Source of the DNA: Candidatus Shapirobacteria bacterium
GTDB lineage: Bacteria > Patescibacteriota > Microgenomatia > UBA12405
Assembly (NCBI GenBank): GCA_030698565.1
Contig: JAUYJS010000003.1
Coordinates: 76,187-140,186, forward strand
Length of the DNA: 64,000 bases
Direction of reading: 5' to 3'
The translations under genes were made by a program, and so were the position numbers. The notes under the pieces were generated by a model. That model worked only from the letters and a program-made list of their open reading frames with translations. It made no database searches and was not told the DNA's origin. Positions 9,844 through 19,645 of this stretch are shown piece by piece (the stretch's first letter is position 1; each line of letters starts with the position of its first letter).

Positions 9844-10098
9844 CTATTCTTTACATTCTTCAACATCATATATCCCCAAAGCTTTTCTCAATGCCCTATC
9901 ATAAATTTTTTGACCACGTCCATCTTCCTCACTAACAGGCCCATCACCCATACTATCAATCACCGACTCAAACAATATTTGTAATTCTTCAAGGCTACCT
10001 CCATATTGATGATAAGCAATAATCAATGTTTCTAATTTAACTTGGTAAATGTTATACCTTCCCGTATCTCTTCTGTCTGCAATCGTCTTTTTTCCCAT
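9844..10098 (-). CDS. Hypothetical small protein (84 aa)
   Basis: ORF only. No recognisable motif. Confidence 0.25.
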   Translation of the reverse strand: MGKKTIADRRDTGRYNIYQVKLETLIIAYHQYGGSLEELQILFESVIDSMGDGPVSEEDGRGQKIYDRALRKALGIYDVEECKE

Positions 10099-10199
10099 TC
10101 CAATTGTGGTTCTGTAGGCGATTTCTCTCCCATATTTAAAACCATATTAACACAATAAAAATAATTCTTCCAAGAATAGACATTTAATTAACCTAATTT

Positions 10200-10568
10200 T
10201 TATTTTTTATCTAAATTCACAATTTTTCTCACCACCTCCAGCCCTAAATAAGCACATTTTTTTCGAACCGAAGTTAATTCCACTCCCAACATTTCTTCAA
10301 TTTCACTACCTTTTATTTTTTTAATATCATCTATTTTTTTGCCTTTAATTTTATCCAAAAGCATGTCCACCGACGCCATACTGATAGCGCAACCGCCGCC
10401 TTCAAACTTAACATCTTCCATTATTCCATCTTGGATTTTTGCTGTAATTTTCAACTTGTCGCCACAAAGTATATTCACCTCAAACGCCTCCACCCCACCC
10501 TCAACCACGCCCCTATTTTGCGGGTTCTGGTATCGATCAATTATTATTTCTTTATATAAATCATCCAT
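10200..10568 (-). CDS. sufU: Fe-S cluster assembly scaffold, SufU/IscU (NifU-like)
   Basis: GCGD...GGGCAISMAS conserved Cys pattern. Last gene of the suf cluster. Confidence 0.75.
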   Translation of the reverse strand: MDDLYKEIIIDRYQNPQNRGVVEGGVEAFEVNILCGDKLKITAKIQDGIMEDVKFEGGGCAISMASVDMLLDKIKGKKIDDIKKIKGSEIEEMLGVELTSVRKKCAYLGLEVVRKIVNLDKK

Positions 10569-10687
10569 AATTCTAAAACCCTTTGTCCCTTCGGGACATT
10601 TCCCTTAAAAAGGGCAATTTTAATAAAAAACTTTCAATTTAATTTTTAGAATCTTTGAACGTGGTGACACATTCACGATGAGAAAAA

Positions 10688-11884
10688 TTAAATAGGAAGT
10701 TTGACCTTAAAAATTTTTCCCACCTCTTTTAAACCTTTAATTAAATTATCAATATCATCTTTATCATTATAAATTCCCAAACTAACTCGGGTCGTCGCTT
10801 CAACCCCTAAAATTTCATGCAAAGGCATAGCGCAATGATGTCCACTTCGAACACAAACTCCATAACGATTTAAAATTTCCGCCACATCATGAGTGTGAAC
10901 GCCTTCAATAACAAAAGTCATTAAACTACTTCCCTGCCCCACTATTTTTAAATTAGGAATATTACTTATTTGTTCTATTAAATAACTCATTAATTTTTCT
11001 TCCCGATCGGAAATAAAATCAAAACCTAAATTTTCGACAAACTTTACCGCTTCAGCCAAAGCAATTACCTCAGCAATCGGTGGCGTACCACCTTCAAATT
11101 TATCCACCCCATCAGCCAAAATTGAATCATATAAACTCACCTCTTTTATCATTCCACCACCATAATTTAAAGGTTCCATTTTATCTAAAATTTCGGATCT
11201 AGCCCACAAAACCCCAATGCCCGTCGGACCATATAATTTGTGTCCGGAAAAAGCATAAAAATCTACACCTAAATCTTTGACATCGACTTTAATATGCGCC
11301 ACAGCCTGAGCCCCATCAACCAAAATTTTGATATCAGAATTATAATTTTTGACTTGAGTCGCCAATTCTTTAATCGGATTTTCCATTCCCAACACATTAC
11401 TTATTTGGGTTAATGCCACCAATTTAGTTTTTGATGTTAAAATATTTTTTAATTCAGTCAAATCTAATTGACCATTTTTTAATCCCAAATATTTTAATTT
11501 AGCTCCAGTTTTTTTGGCCAAGATTTGCCAAGGTAATAAATTTGAATGGTGTTCCATTACTGTCAAAATTATTTCATCACCCTGTTTTATATTAATTTCT
11601 CCCCAACCACAAGCTACTAAATTAATTGATTCAGTCGTTCCTCGAGTAAATACAATCTCATTACTTTTTGCCCCAATAAATTTGGCAACAACATCTCTAG
11701 CTTCTTCATATTTTTTCGTCGCTTCTTCAGAAATTTCATAAATTCCCCGATGAATATTGGCCGAATAAAAGGAATAATAATCGCAAACGGCATCAATTAC
11801 ACTTTTGGGTTTTAACGCCGTTGCCGCACTGTCCAAATAAGCCAGTTTAGAATGTTTTTGATAAATCGGAAATATTTTTTTCAT
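10688..11884 (-). CDS. sufS: Cysteine desulfurase SufS
   Basis: PLP-lysine motif FSGHKLYGPTGIGVLW and the catalytic loop RSGHHCAMPL. Confidence 0.9.
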   Translation of the reverse strand: MKKIFPIYQKHSKLAYLDSAATALKPKSVIDAVCDYYSFYSANIHRGIYEISEEATKKYEEARDVVAKFIGAKSNEIVFTRGTTESINLVACGWGEINIKQGDEIILTVMEHHSNLLPWQILAKKTGAKLKYLGLKNGQLDLTELKNILTSKTKLVALTQISNVLGMENPIKELATQVKNYNSDIKILVDGAQAVAHIKVDVKDLGVDFYAFSGHKLYGPTGIGVLWARSEILDKMEPLNYGGGMIKEVSLYDSILADGVDKFEGGTPPIAEVIALAEAVKFVENLGFDFISDREEKLMSYLIEQISNIPNLKIVGQGSSLMTFVIEGVHTHDVAEILNRYGVCVRSGHHCAMPLHEILGVEATTRVSLGIYNDKDDIDNLIKGLKEVGKIFKVKLPI

Positions 11885-11885
11885 T

Positions 11886-12377
11886 TTATTTGTTTGACTT
11901 AAAATAAGTCAAAATATTTTGTCTATCATCTTTAGACACTCTATCAATTATTTCTGCAAAAAATGCTTTAGTCAATATTTTAATAGCTTTCTTTTTGGTA
12001 ATACCTCTTGATTGTAAATAAAATAATTCTTCTTCGTTTAATTGCCCCACCGTCATTGCATGCGAAGCTTTAACATCGTCAGTTTCAATTTCCAATTCTG
12101 GCCTGGCTATTGCCAAGGCATTTTCTCCCAAAAGCAATATGTTTTGTCTCAAAAAAGCATTAGCTCCAACCGCATCTTTACCAATTTTAATTAGTCCATT
12201 TAGATCTAATTTACCGCCATCCATTACCACTACTTTTACAATTGTATTTCCGTAAGTATTTGGTGCCATAAATTTCATTTCCGTTGTTATTTCTAATTTT
12301 TCCTGCGGTTTTACCACGAAAGCCCTAACAATCTCCCTTTCTTCTCCAATATTATTTAATATATCAGTGTATATCAT
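11886..12377 (-). CDS. sufD: SufD-like protein, short form (C-terminal beta-helix domain only)
   Basis: 163 aa resembling the SufB/SufD C-terminal domain ([17 protein letters not shown]...[15 protein letters not shown]). Full-length SufD is about 400 aa. Confidence 0.55.
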   Translation of the reverse strand: MIYTDILNNIGEEREIVRAFVVKPQEKLEITTEMKFMAPNTYGNTIVKVVVMDGGKLDLNGLIKIGKDAVGANAFLRQNILLLGENALAIARPELEIETDDVKASHAMTVGQLNEEELFYLQSRGITKKKAIKILTKAFFAEIIDRVSKDDRQNILTYFKSNK

Positions 12378-13804
12378 CCCACACTTCCTTCCATTTGCAT
12401 GTTAATTAATCTATTTAATTCAACCGAATATTCCATCGGTAATTCTTTGGCAATTGGCTCAATAAAACCATTAACAATCATCGCTTCAGCTTCGTGTTCT
12501 TCAAAACCTCGGCTCATCAAATAAAATAATTGTTCTTCACCAATCTTAGATACCGTTGCCTCATGTTCAATAATACTTTGTGGTTCACTAATTTTATTAG
12601 TCGGATAAGTATCGCTCCGACTATCTTTATCCATGATTAAAGCATCACAAACCACTTTGCTGCGGCTATTTACTGCTCCCTTGTTTATCGAGACTAAGCC
12701 TCTATAGCTAGCCCTACCTCCCTTAAAACTTATTGATTTAGAAATTATTCTGGAGCTGGTATTCGGTGCCAAATGAACGCATTTGCCGCCCGCATCTTGA
12801 TGTTGACCCTTACCAGCAATCGCAATCGATAAGATTTCTCCTCGGGCACCTTCCTCAGCTAAGATAACCGAAGGATATTTCATAGTCAACCTACTCCCAA
12901 AATTTCCATCCACCCATTCCATAATTCCATTTTCTTCTACCCAAGTTCTTTTTGTTACCAAATTGTAAACATTGATTGACCAGTTCTGAATTGTTGTATA
13001 TCGACACCGAGCATTTTTCTTCACAAAAATTTCTACCACAGCAGCGTGCAAACTATCGGAAGAATAAATTGGGGCGGTGCACCCTTCCACATAGTGAACA
13101 TAAGCACCTTCATCCACAATTATCATTGTTCTTTCAAATTGACCCGAGTTAGCGCTATTAATTCTAAAATAAGCTTGAAGTGGCAGATCTACTTTGACAC
13201 CTTTTGGTATATAAAGAAAAGAACCACCAGACCAAACTGCCGAATTTAATGCCGCAAACTTATTGTCACCTGCCGGCACTAATTTTCCAAAATATTCCCG
13301 TACCATATCAGGATAATTTTGAACCGCTTCGTCCATGCTACAAAATATTACCCCTTTATCAGATAAATTTTTTTGTAAACTTCCATATACCACCTCCGAT
13401 TCGTATTGGGCTTTGATTCCGCCCAAATATTCTTTTTCAGCTTCAGGCAACCCCAATCTATCATACGTATTTTTAATTTCTTTTGGCAGATCTTCCCATT
13501 TTTTTTCTACATTTATAGTTGGCTTGATATAGTAATAAATATCTTCAAAATTTATATGACTTAAGTCTCCACCCCAAGTTGGCATCCGTTTTTTATAAAA
13601 AATCTCCAAAGCCAATAGTCTTTTTTCCCGCATCCACAAGGGTTCTTTCTTTATATCTGAAATAACTTTAACCACTTCTACGTCTAACCCTTTTTTGGAT
13701 TTGTAAACATTGTTTTCTATTTCCTTAAAACCATACTTGTACTCACCCATTACCTCTTTTGAAGTTATCTTCTTCTCTTTTTTTAATGATACAAACCGTG
13801 TCAT
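12374..13804 (-). CDS. sufB: Fe-S cluster assembly protein SufB
   Basis: 476 aa with the canonical SufB C-terminus ([24 protein letters not shown]) and a conserved central region. Confidence 0.9.
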   Translation of the reverse strand: MTRFVSLKKEKKITSKEVMGEYKYGFKEIENNVYKSKKGLDVEVVKVISDIKKEPLWMREKRLLALEIFYKKRMPTWGGDLSHINFEDIYYYIKPTINVEKKWEDLPKEIKNTYDRLGLPEAEKEYLGGIKAQYESEVVYGSLQKNLSDKGVIFCSMDEAVQNYPDMVREYFGKLVPAGDNKFAALNSAVWSGGSFLYIPKGVKVDLPLQAYFRINSANSGQFERTMIIVDEGAYVHYVEGCTAPIYSSDSLHAAVVEIFVKKNARCRYTTIQNWSINVYNLVTKRTWVEENGIMEWVDGNFGSRLTMKYPSVILAEEGARGEILSIAIAGKGQHQDAGGKCVHLAPNTSSRIISKSISFKGGRASYRGLVSINKGAVNSRSKVVCDALIMDKDSRSDTYPTNKISEPQSIIEHEATVSKIGEEQLFYLMSRGFEEHEAEAMIVNGFIEPIAKELPMEYSVELNRLINMQMEGSVG

Positions 13805-13807
13805 TTT

Positions 13808-14575
13808 TTAATTTTCAAATGAATAACCTTGGCTTTCAACTTTCTCAACCATCTCCCATCCGCCACTTTTAATAATTTTACCCGTAGACATAATGTGTAC
13901 CTTGTCCGGTTTTAAGAACTTTAAAATTCTTGAATAATGGGTAATTATAATAACTCCAATATTTCTATCCTTAGCCACTTTTGCAATTGTTTGCGCAATT
14001 TTTTTAATAGCATCTATGTCCAAGCCGGAATCAATCTCATCCAATATTATATATTTTGGATTAAAAACCAACATCTGTAAAATTTCTATCTTTTTCTTCT
14101 CACCGCCGGAAAATCCGTCATTCAATCCCCTTTTTAACAATTCTGGTTTTAAGCTCAACGCCTTGGCTTGTGCTTCAATCCATTTTCGGAATTCAATCAA
14201 CGACATGATTGAATCATTTTTTACCTGCCCGCCTAAATGCGCAGCTTTTGGCGGGTTTCTCTTTTTATACACCTGCCACAAAAAACTCTGAACCGTCAAC
14301 CCAGGAATAGCCACCGGGTATTGGTTCGCCAAAAACAAACCTTTCCTAGCTCTTTCATCCGGGGTTTCCTCACAAATATTATTTTCATCTAAATTAATTT
14401 CTCCTTTCGTGATCTGGTATTTTGGATGCCCCGACAAAGAGAAGGCTAGGGTTGACTTACCCGAACCGTTTGGCCCCATGACCGCATGAATTTCTCCCGA
14501 TTTTACTTCCAAATTTACACCAGAAAGTATTTCTTTTTCTTGAGTGGAAACGTATAAATTTTTGATAATTAACAT
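13808..14575 (-). CDS. sufC: Fe-S cluster assembly ATPase SufC
   Basis: Walker A GPNGSGKST, ABC signature LSGGEKKK, Walker B ILDEIDSGLD. Confidence 0.9.
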   Translation of the reverse strand: MLIIKNLYVSTQEKEILSGVNLEVKSGEIHAVMGPNGSGKSTLAFSLSGHPKYQITKGEINLDENNICEETPDERARKGLFLANQYPVAIPGLTVQSFLWQVYKKRNPPKAAHLGGQVKNDSIMSLIEFRKWIEAQAKALSLKPELLKRGLNDGFSGGEKKKIEILQMLVFNPKYIILDEIDSGLDIDAIKKIAQTIAKVAKDRNIGVIIITHYSRILKFLKPDKVHIMSTGKIIKSGGWEMVEKVESQGYSFEN

Positions 14576-14654
14576 ACTCCCACCATTTTAGTCATAGTTC
14601 CCCAAAAAGGCAACAACTAAAAGCAAGGAATTGAAAAAATGGTTTTATTTTCCG

Positions 14655-14738
14655 CGGAGGGTATAGGATTCGAACCCATGAGGGATTGCTCCCACTGGTT
14701 TTCAAAACCAGCGCCATAAACCACTCGGCCAACCCTCC
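14655..14738 (-). tRNA. tRNA-Ser (anticodon UGA), long variable arm, no encoded CCA
   Basis: Reverse complement ggagggttggccgagtggtttatggcgctggtTTTGAAAaccagtgggagcaatccctcatgggttcgaatcctataccctccg. Anticodon loop tTTGAAa and a 16-nt variable arm. Confidence 0.85.
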
Positions 14739-14838
14739 GTATATAGAACAGTGAATTATAACAATTTAGACTTAGAGTTGCCATAAATTGCTCTTTATCA
14801 GAAAAAAATATTTCTGGTAGAATATCAAAGTAATAAGT

Positions 14839-14911
14839 GCCCAGATAGCTCAGTTGGTAGAGCATCCCCTTGGTAAGGGGAAGGTCAAGGATTCAAGTTC
14901 CTTTCTGGGCT
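14839..14911 (+). tRNA. tRNA-Thr (anticodon GGU), no encoded CCA
   Basis: gcccaga...tccccTTGGTAAgggga...aagga-ttcaagt-tcctt-tctgggc-t. Confidence 0.85.
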
Positions 14912-14923
14912 CATCTTTTTCTT

Positions 14924-15253
14924 TCAGCTGACAATCTTCTTCAAAAATTTACCAGCCGGAAAGATTGTCAACAAAATAAAAGAGATTGTTCCCAAAATTC
15001 CAAGTCCCAAAAATATATTAAAAACGTTTTTATAATAACCTAGTTGGTACCAATAAAACCGCATACAATCGTTGTAACCAAAATGCTGGCAGGTAGTATC
15101 AAATTCATTGAATACTTTACTTGAAGTCTGAAACCAAGCAAACGTAGCCATAGCCGCAGAAAATAAAACCAAAATTACCAACATAGTTTTTAGTTCAGCC
15201 AAACTAAAACTCTTTTTTTTTCCTTTTCCTTTTTGTTTTTTCCCAATTCTCAT
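14924..15253 (-). CDS. Hypothetical small membrane protein
   Basis: Lys-rich N-terminus and two predicted TM segments. Confidence 0.35.
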   Translation of the reverse strand: MRIGKKQKGKGKKKSFSLAELKTMLVILVLFSAAMATFAWFQTSSKVFNEFDTTCQHFGYNDCMRFYWYQLGYYKNVFNIFLGLGILGTISFILLTIFPAGKFLKKIVS

Positions 15254-15883
15254 AATCTAACTTTTATTTTAGCACTTTTAACCAATAGACCTTCCTTCTC
15301 AAAAAATTCAGCTAAATCATCATAACCAACATATTGATGCCCGTGTATTCCCAAAGCCTTAGCCGCTTCCACATAATCTTTTATATCATCAACATACACA
15401 CATTCTTTCGATCTTAACTTTAATTTACTTAGCGAATCTTCAAATATTTTTCTGTCCGGCTTCATCACTCCCACCTCAAAAGACAAAGTTACTTTATCAA
15501 ACAATTCAAAGACTTCAGTTTTTTTGACCCCATATTCAAAATCCCATTCACTAGTATTTAGACAGTAAGGCTACTTTATAATTATTTTTTAATTCTTTAA
15601 TCAAATTAAAGGTAGATAAAATAGGCATAAATTTATTGGTATATGCTTCGATAAATTTATCTTTTGAGATATTTAATCCAGTAATTTTCAAAATTCCTTC
15701 ATAAAATTCAGTCGAGCTAATCTGCCCCATTTCATATCGTTTAGGCAAATCGGAATTTTTATAAATAATCTCTCTTAACGACTCGATTGATTGGCCACTA
15801 TATTTTGAAAATTTTTCTAAGATTAATTCATTATTAAACGTGCAGACAACGTTTCCAAAATCAAATATTATTGCTTTTATCAT
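15250..15883 (-). pseudogene. HAD-family hydrolase interrupted by a single-base frameshift in an A-run
   Basis: Track ORFs 15551..15883 (motif I FDFGNV) and 15250..15504 (K...DD motifs) are two halves of one HAD protein. Reading through with one A fewer in tctAAAtac gives a continuous ...KVALLSNTNSEWDFEYGVKKTEVFELFDKVTLSFEVGVMKPD... (HAD motif II LSN). Confidence 0.6.
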
Positions 15884-15896
15884 TAATTATTAATTA

Positions 15897-16640
15897 TTAA
15901 TTATTAATTAATTTATACGGCACAAGTTGTTTAAATTTTTGTGATTCAATTCTTTTAAGAATTTTCTTAACGGTTTCTCCTGGAACACCTTCTAATTCAT
16001 TCTCCATTACCCTATCCGCTTCATCATAAGTAAATCCAAACTCTGTTTCATCTGTTTGTCCATCCCACAATTCGGCCGACGGCCGTTTATTTAAAATATT
16101 TTCTGATAAATTTAAAAACCTTGCTAATTGCTGAACTTGAGTTTTATATAAATGTTCAATTGGTTCCAAATCCGAAGCCGCGTCACCAAATCGAGTAAAA
16201 TAACCCAAATATTTTTCCGACTTATTCTCTGTTCCACACACCAAACAGTTATATTTTTTTGCCAAATCATAAAGGATAATCATTCTAGTTCTAGCCATCA
16301 CATTGCCCAATCTTAATTTATCATCTCCAATATTTTGACTTTCTTTTATTTGATCAACAATTTTTTTTATATTTATTTCCTGCCAATTATCTTCTGGAAT
16401 TTTATTCCATTTACACAATAATTTTCCATCAATACTGCTCTGACTTCCATAAGGCAACAAAACCGGAATTACATTTTCAAAGCCCAATGCTTGGCACAAT
16501 AAAGTACAGGACAATGCCGAATCAATTCCACCCGACACCGCCACAATTGCTTTTTTAAATCCGGTTTTAACAAATATAGTTTTTATAAAATTTTCTATTT
16601 TATTAACTTCCTTTTCTGGTTTTTCCAAAATTAATGTCAT
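15897..16640 (-). CDS. nadE: NH3-dependent NAD+ synthetase
   Basis: PP-loop AVSGGIDSAL and the C-terminal ELWDGQTDETEFG motif. Confidence 0.85.
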   Translation of the reverse strand: MTLILEKPEKEVNKIENFIKTIFVKTGFKKAIVAVSGGIDSALSCTLLCQALGFENVIPVLLPYGSQSSIDGKLLCKWNKIPEDNWQEINIKKIVDQIKESQNIGDDKLRLGNVMARTRMIILYDLAKKYNCLVCGTENKSEKYLGYFTRFGDAASDLEPIEHLYKTQVQQLARFLNLSENILNKRPSAELWDGQTDETEFGFTYDEADRVMENELEGVPGETVKKILKRIESQKFKQLVPYKLINN

Positions 16641-16643
16641 AAG

Positions 16644-17204
16644 TTAGTTTATATATAAAGAATAATTTTTGATATATTTTTCTACCTTATTATTTAGCAT
16701 TTTCCCCACATTTTCTTTTTTAGCTACACTTTGCCGAATTTCAGTCGACGATACTGGCACTTCTTTTACACCTGACAAGATTATCATTTCTTTATACTTA
16801 ATATTTACAGGATAACCAATTCTAGGATATACAAAAACTTGGTAATTTTTTAAAATATCTTGGTAATCTTTCCATTTATTAAAACTTTCAAGTTGGTCAC
16901 TACCAATTAAAAGTAAAAATTTATTATCCGGCATTTTTTGGGAAAAATAATTTAAAGTATCAATTGTAAAACTAGTACCATTTTTTTTAATTTCGTAATC
17001 ACAAATCTTTATTTTATCCGAAACCAAAAAATTCAGCATTTCTAATCTTTCTTTTACCGGGCTAATTTTTTTATCAAAAGGATGTTTGTAACAAGGCACC
17101 AGCCACACCTCATCAGCTATTTTTTTTCGGATAATTTCCTGCGCCATTATCTGGTGTCCCAAATGCGGCGGATCAAAACTACCCCCAAATAGCATGATTT
17201 TCAT
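16644..17204 (-). CDS. nadD: Nicotinate-nucleotide adenylyltransferase
   Basis: MKIMLFGGSFDPPHLGHQ (HxGH nucleotidyltransferase motif). The start is placed at MKIM rather than the track's upstream Met. Confidence 0.8.
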   Translation of the reverse strand: MKIMLFGGSFDPPHLGHQIMAQEIIRKKIADEVWLVPCYKHPFDKKISPVKERLEMLNFLVSDKIKICDYEIKKNGTSFTIDTLNYFSQKMPDNKFLLLIGSDQLESFNKWKDYQDILKNYQVFVYPRIGYPVNIKYKEMIILSGVKEVPVSSTEIRQSVAKKENVGKMLNNKVEKYIKNYSLYIN

Positions 17205-17283
17205 ATCTTTTTCAGTATAACATCGACAACCACTAATTTTTCCATTCCTTGTCAAGCCAACTTCGATGTTAAAATTAATTAAT

Positions 17284-17604
17284 ATGAATATTCAAATCAC
17301 AGCTGATAAGGTAGACCTGTCGGTAGAGATTAAAGAGATGATAAACATAAAAATTGGTCATAAAACAGACCAACTCCTCCCCGATTTAAACGACGAAATT
17401 AAAACCGCTTTTGTTAATATAAAAAGAGATAAATTAGGTCAATATAAAATAAGTTTTGACATGTTACTGCCTGGGAAAAAAGGAAAAATATTTGCTGAAA
17501 ATCAACATTTTGAATTAATTCCCGCCATAACCGGGTTAAGGGAACAAATAGAAACACAAATTAAAAAATACAAAGAAGAACAGTTGCCAAACGCCCGATC
17601 TTAG
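17284..17604 (+). CDS. hpf: Ribosome hibernation promoting factor (HPF/RaiA family)
   Basis: MNIQITADKVDLS...LPGKKGKIFAENQHFELIPAITGLREQIETQIKKYKE matches the RaiA/HPF fold pattern. Confidence 0.7.
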   Translation: MNIQITADKVDLSVEIKEMINIKIGHKTDQLLPDLNDEIKTAFVNIKRDKLGQYKISFDMLLPGKKGKIFAENQHFELIPAITGLREQIETQIKKYKEEQLPNARS

Positions 17605-17619
17605 TTTAAAATACCACTC

Positions 17620-17799
17620 ATGGCTAAATCTAAAAAAACACCTAGAATTTTAATCGCCCTACTCTGTTCTGCTTGTGGCGCTCAGAATTACCTAACTGAA
17701 AAAAATAAAACCAACACTCCCGACAAAATTAAATTCAACAAGTATTGTCATTGGTGTAAAAAAGCAACCGAACACAAAGAATCGACTAAGTTAAAATAA
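17620..17799 (+). CDS. rpmG: 50S ribosomal protein L33 (zinc-ribbon type)
   Basis: 59 aa, MAKSKKTPRILIALLCSACGAQNYLTEKNKTNTPDKIKFNKYCHWCKKATEHKE: the C..CG..NY..KNK..PD...F.KYC..C..T.H.E pattern of L33. Missing from the ORF track because it is under 60 aa. Confidence 0.8.
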   Translation: MAKSKKTPRILIALLCSACGAQNYLTEKNKTNTPDKIKFNKYCHWCKKATEHKESTKLK

Positions 17800-17802
17800 G
17801 TT

Positions 17803-17949
17803 ATGTCATCAGAAAATAAAAAAACACCAAAACCAGTTACGGTAGTCAAACCAGTAGTCCCGGTAAAACCCACCTTTCCTAGTCCACCATCAGGTTCCAA
17901 CTTCAAACCAAATGCCCGATTCCAATCAATAAACCGAAGCCGTAGATAA
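17803..17949 (+). CDS. Hypothetical Pro/Lys-rich small protein (48 aa)
   Basis: The ORF immediately follows rpmG. Its last 24 nt overlap the convergent HAD-like gene. No motif. Confidence 0.2.
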   Translation: MSSENKKTPKPVTVVKPVVPVKPTFPSPPSGSNFKPNARFQSINRSRR

Positions 17950-18552
17950 AGTTTGCCAAACATGTTCCCAATCCTTACACGGTACAATTTTTATATCTTT
18001 TCTCATGTGTTCCGATATTCCTTTATACAAAAACACTGTTCCTTTGTAATCTGAAGATAAACAGTCAATCAAGCCCGGATTGTCATCTATTATCCCTATA
18101 ATCTCTGGATAAAGATTTTCTAAAATCTTAGCCTTCCATTTATTTCCATCTTCCGCCCTAACCTCCAAAGGTCTGGTAATAATTTTAGCTTTGGGAAAGT
18201 TATGTTTTTCCAGCCATTTCTCCGTCCCTTTTAGAACCGAATCCGGTCTGGCTGTAATATAAGCTCGAATCGGTAGAATTTTATTTATTTTTTGAACTAC
18301 AGTATTTGAATTTTCAATCAAAGGCAAATTTTCTTGAAACACATCATCATTTCTCATTTCTTCCATTAAATTCAACCCATTATCAGTTTGCCAATACCCA
18401 GGGTCACTAGCATATTTATATTTTATTTCCATTTCTTCTATACTTAGGTTTTCAGGATTTCCCAATTTTAGTTGTAAATATTCGACCCAAAAATAATTTG
18501 TCCGCGATAAGGTCTCATCAATATCCAATGCTAAACCACCACTTTTTTTCAT
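17926..18552 (-). CDS. HAD-superfamily hydrolase (5'-nucleotidase-like)
   Basis: LALDIDETLS (DxDxT motif I) and the distal IIGIIDDNP motif. Confidence 0.55.
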   Translation of the reverse strand: MKKSGGLALDIDETLSRTNYFWVEYLQLKLGNPENLSIEEMEIKYKYASDPGYWQTDNGLNLMEEMRNDDVFQENLPLIENSNTVVQKINKILPIRAYITARPDSVLKGTEKWLEKHNFPKAKIITRPLEVRAEDGNKWKAKILENLYPEIIGIIDDNPGLIDCLSSDYKGTVFLYKGISEHMRKDIKIVPCKDWEHVWQTLSTASVY

Positions 18553-19076
18553 AATGTTTCTGATTGCACCATTACCACTTCTCCACGCTCATTAGCCAAA
18601 GATACCACCTTAAATCCGAATTTAGTATAAAGTTTTATAGCTGCTAAGTTATGTACCTTGGTTTCCAGCCAAATACCTTTTTCAGGTATCTCGTTGTAAA
18701 TTTTACTATCTTTAAATCGATTTATAGCCTCATTCATAAAATTTGAAGCCATTCCTTTTCCCCTAGCCTCTCCATAAATTCTAATACCAAATGTTATTCC
18801 AAATTTATTTCTGTCAAAACTTTCATCATAATCCGCTTCTGGTAATTTTTTTTCACCCAACCAAAAAATACCCAATAGGTCTTCCTGATCATTTGTTAAA
18901 ATATATATAGATCTACCTTTCTTTTTCCATTCCTCAAAGGCCTCTATACTAGAAAACCTTTTTTGATCGGAAGTAAATTTTTTAATGTCGTCATCTGTAT
19001 TAGTTAAGTTAATTAACTGCTGTATTTGCCAATTATTAATACCATTTTTTATTAAAAAATTATCCATTGTTAGCAT
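18549..19076 (-). CDS. GNAT-family N-acetyltransferase
   Basis: IRIYGEARGKGMASNFMNEAI...LYTKFGFKVV (acetyl-CoA binding motif A). Confidence 0.65.
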   Translation of the reverse strand: MLTMDNFLIKNGINNWQIQQLINLTNTDDDIKKFTSDQKRFSSIEAFEEWKKKGRSIYILTNDQEDLLGIFWLGEKKLPEADYDESFDRNKFGITFGIRIYGEARGKGMASNFMNEAINRFKDSKIYNEIPEKGIWLETKVHNLAAIKLYTKFGFKVVSLANERGEVVMVQSETL

Positions 19077-19130
19077 ATAATACCAATTTCTTAAAAAATT
19101 AGCACTTAAATTACTGATATTATATAGTCA

Positions 19131-19634
19131 ATGGAAAAAATCCAATCGCTAAGCAAATTAGCCCAACTTATTACCCAATTAAAAAAAGGGGGTAAAAAAA
19201 TTGCACTGATCACCGGTTGTTTTGATATTGTTCACCTGGGCCATATTAATCTTTTTCGTTTTGCCAAAACCCACGCCGATATTGTCATTGTGGGTTTGGA
19301 AAATGATTCCACAATTAAACTTTACCAAAAAGGTATAGACAGGCCTTTGAATAATCTCAAAAACAGACTTCAATTTTTAGCCGAATTTCAAAGCATCGAC
19401 TATGTTTTTCCTATTAAAAAAATTATTAAAAATACTTTTGAAAACTACGCCCTTTATGAGCAGATCACTAAAAGGTTAAAACCAGATTTTTTGGTAACTA
19501 ACAAGTCGGCCGACGGTTTTTTACAGGAGAAAAGAAATCGAGCCAAAAAATTTGGTATAAAACTTTTGCTCCACAGGCCAAGTCGGCGCCAATCCTCCAC
19601 CCAAATCATCCAAAAAATAGAATCAGAGTTATAG
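19131..19634 (+). CDS. Cytidylyl/adenylyltransferase-like protein (RfaE domain II/TagD-like)
   Basis: GCFDIVHLGHINLF (HxGH nucleotidyltransferase). Confidence 0.6.
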   Translation: MEKIQSLSKLAQLITQLKKGGKKIALITGCFDIVHLGHINLFRFAKTHADIVIVGLENDSTIKLYQKGIDRPLNNLKNRLQFLAEFQSIDYVFPIKKIIKNTFENYALYEQITKRLKPDFLVTNKSADGFLQEKRNRAKKFGIKLLLHRPSRRQSSTQIIQKIESEL

Positions 19635-19645
19635 TTATTTAACTT

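Noticed and set aside
14617-14865. Track ORF of 82 aa on the minus strand.
   Set aside because: It lies entirely over tRNA-Ser (14655-14738) and runs into tRNA-Thr (14839-14911). It is an artefact of tRNA sequence.
17748-17987. Track ORF of 79 aa on the minus strand.
   Set aside because: It is antisense to the well-supported rpmG (L33) and the small downstream ORF. It has no SD and is low-complexity, so it is considered spurious.
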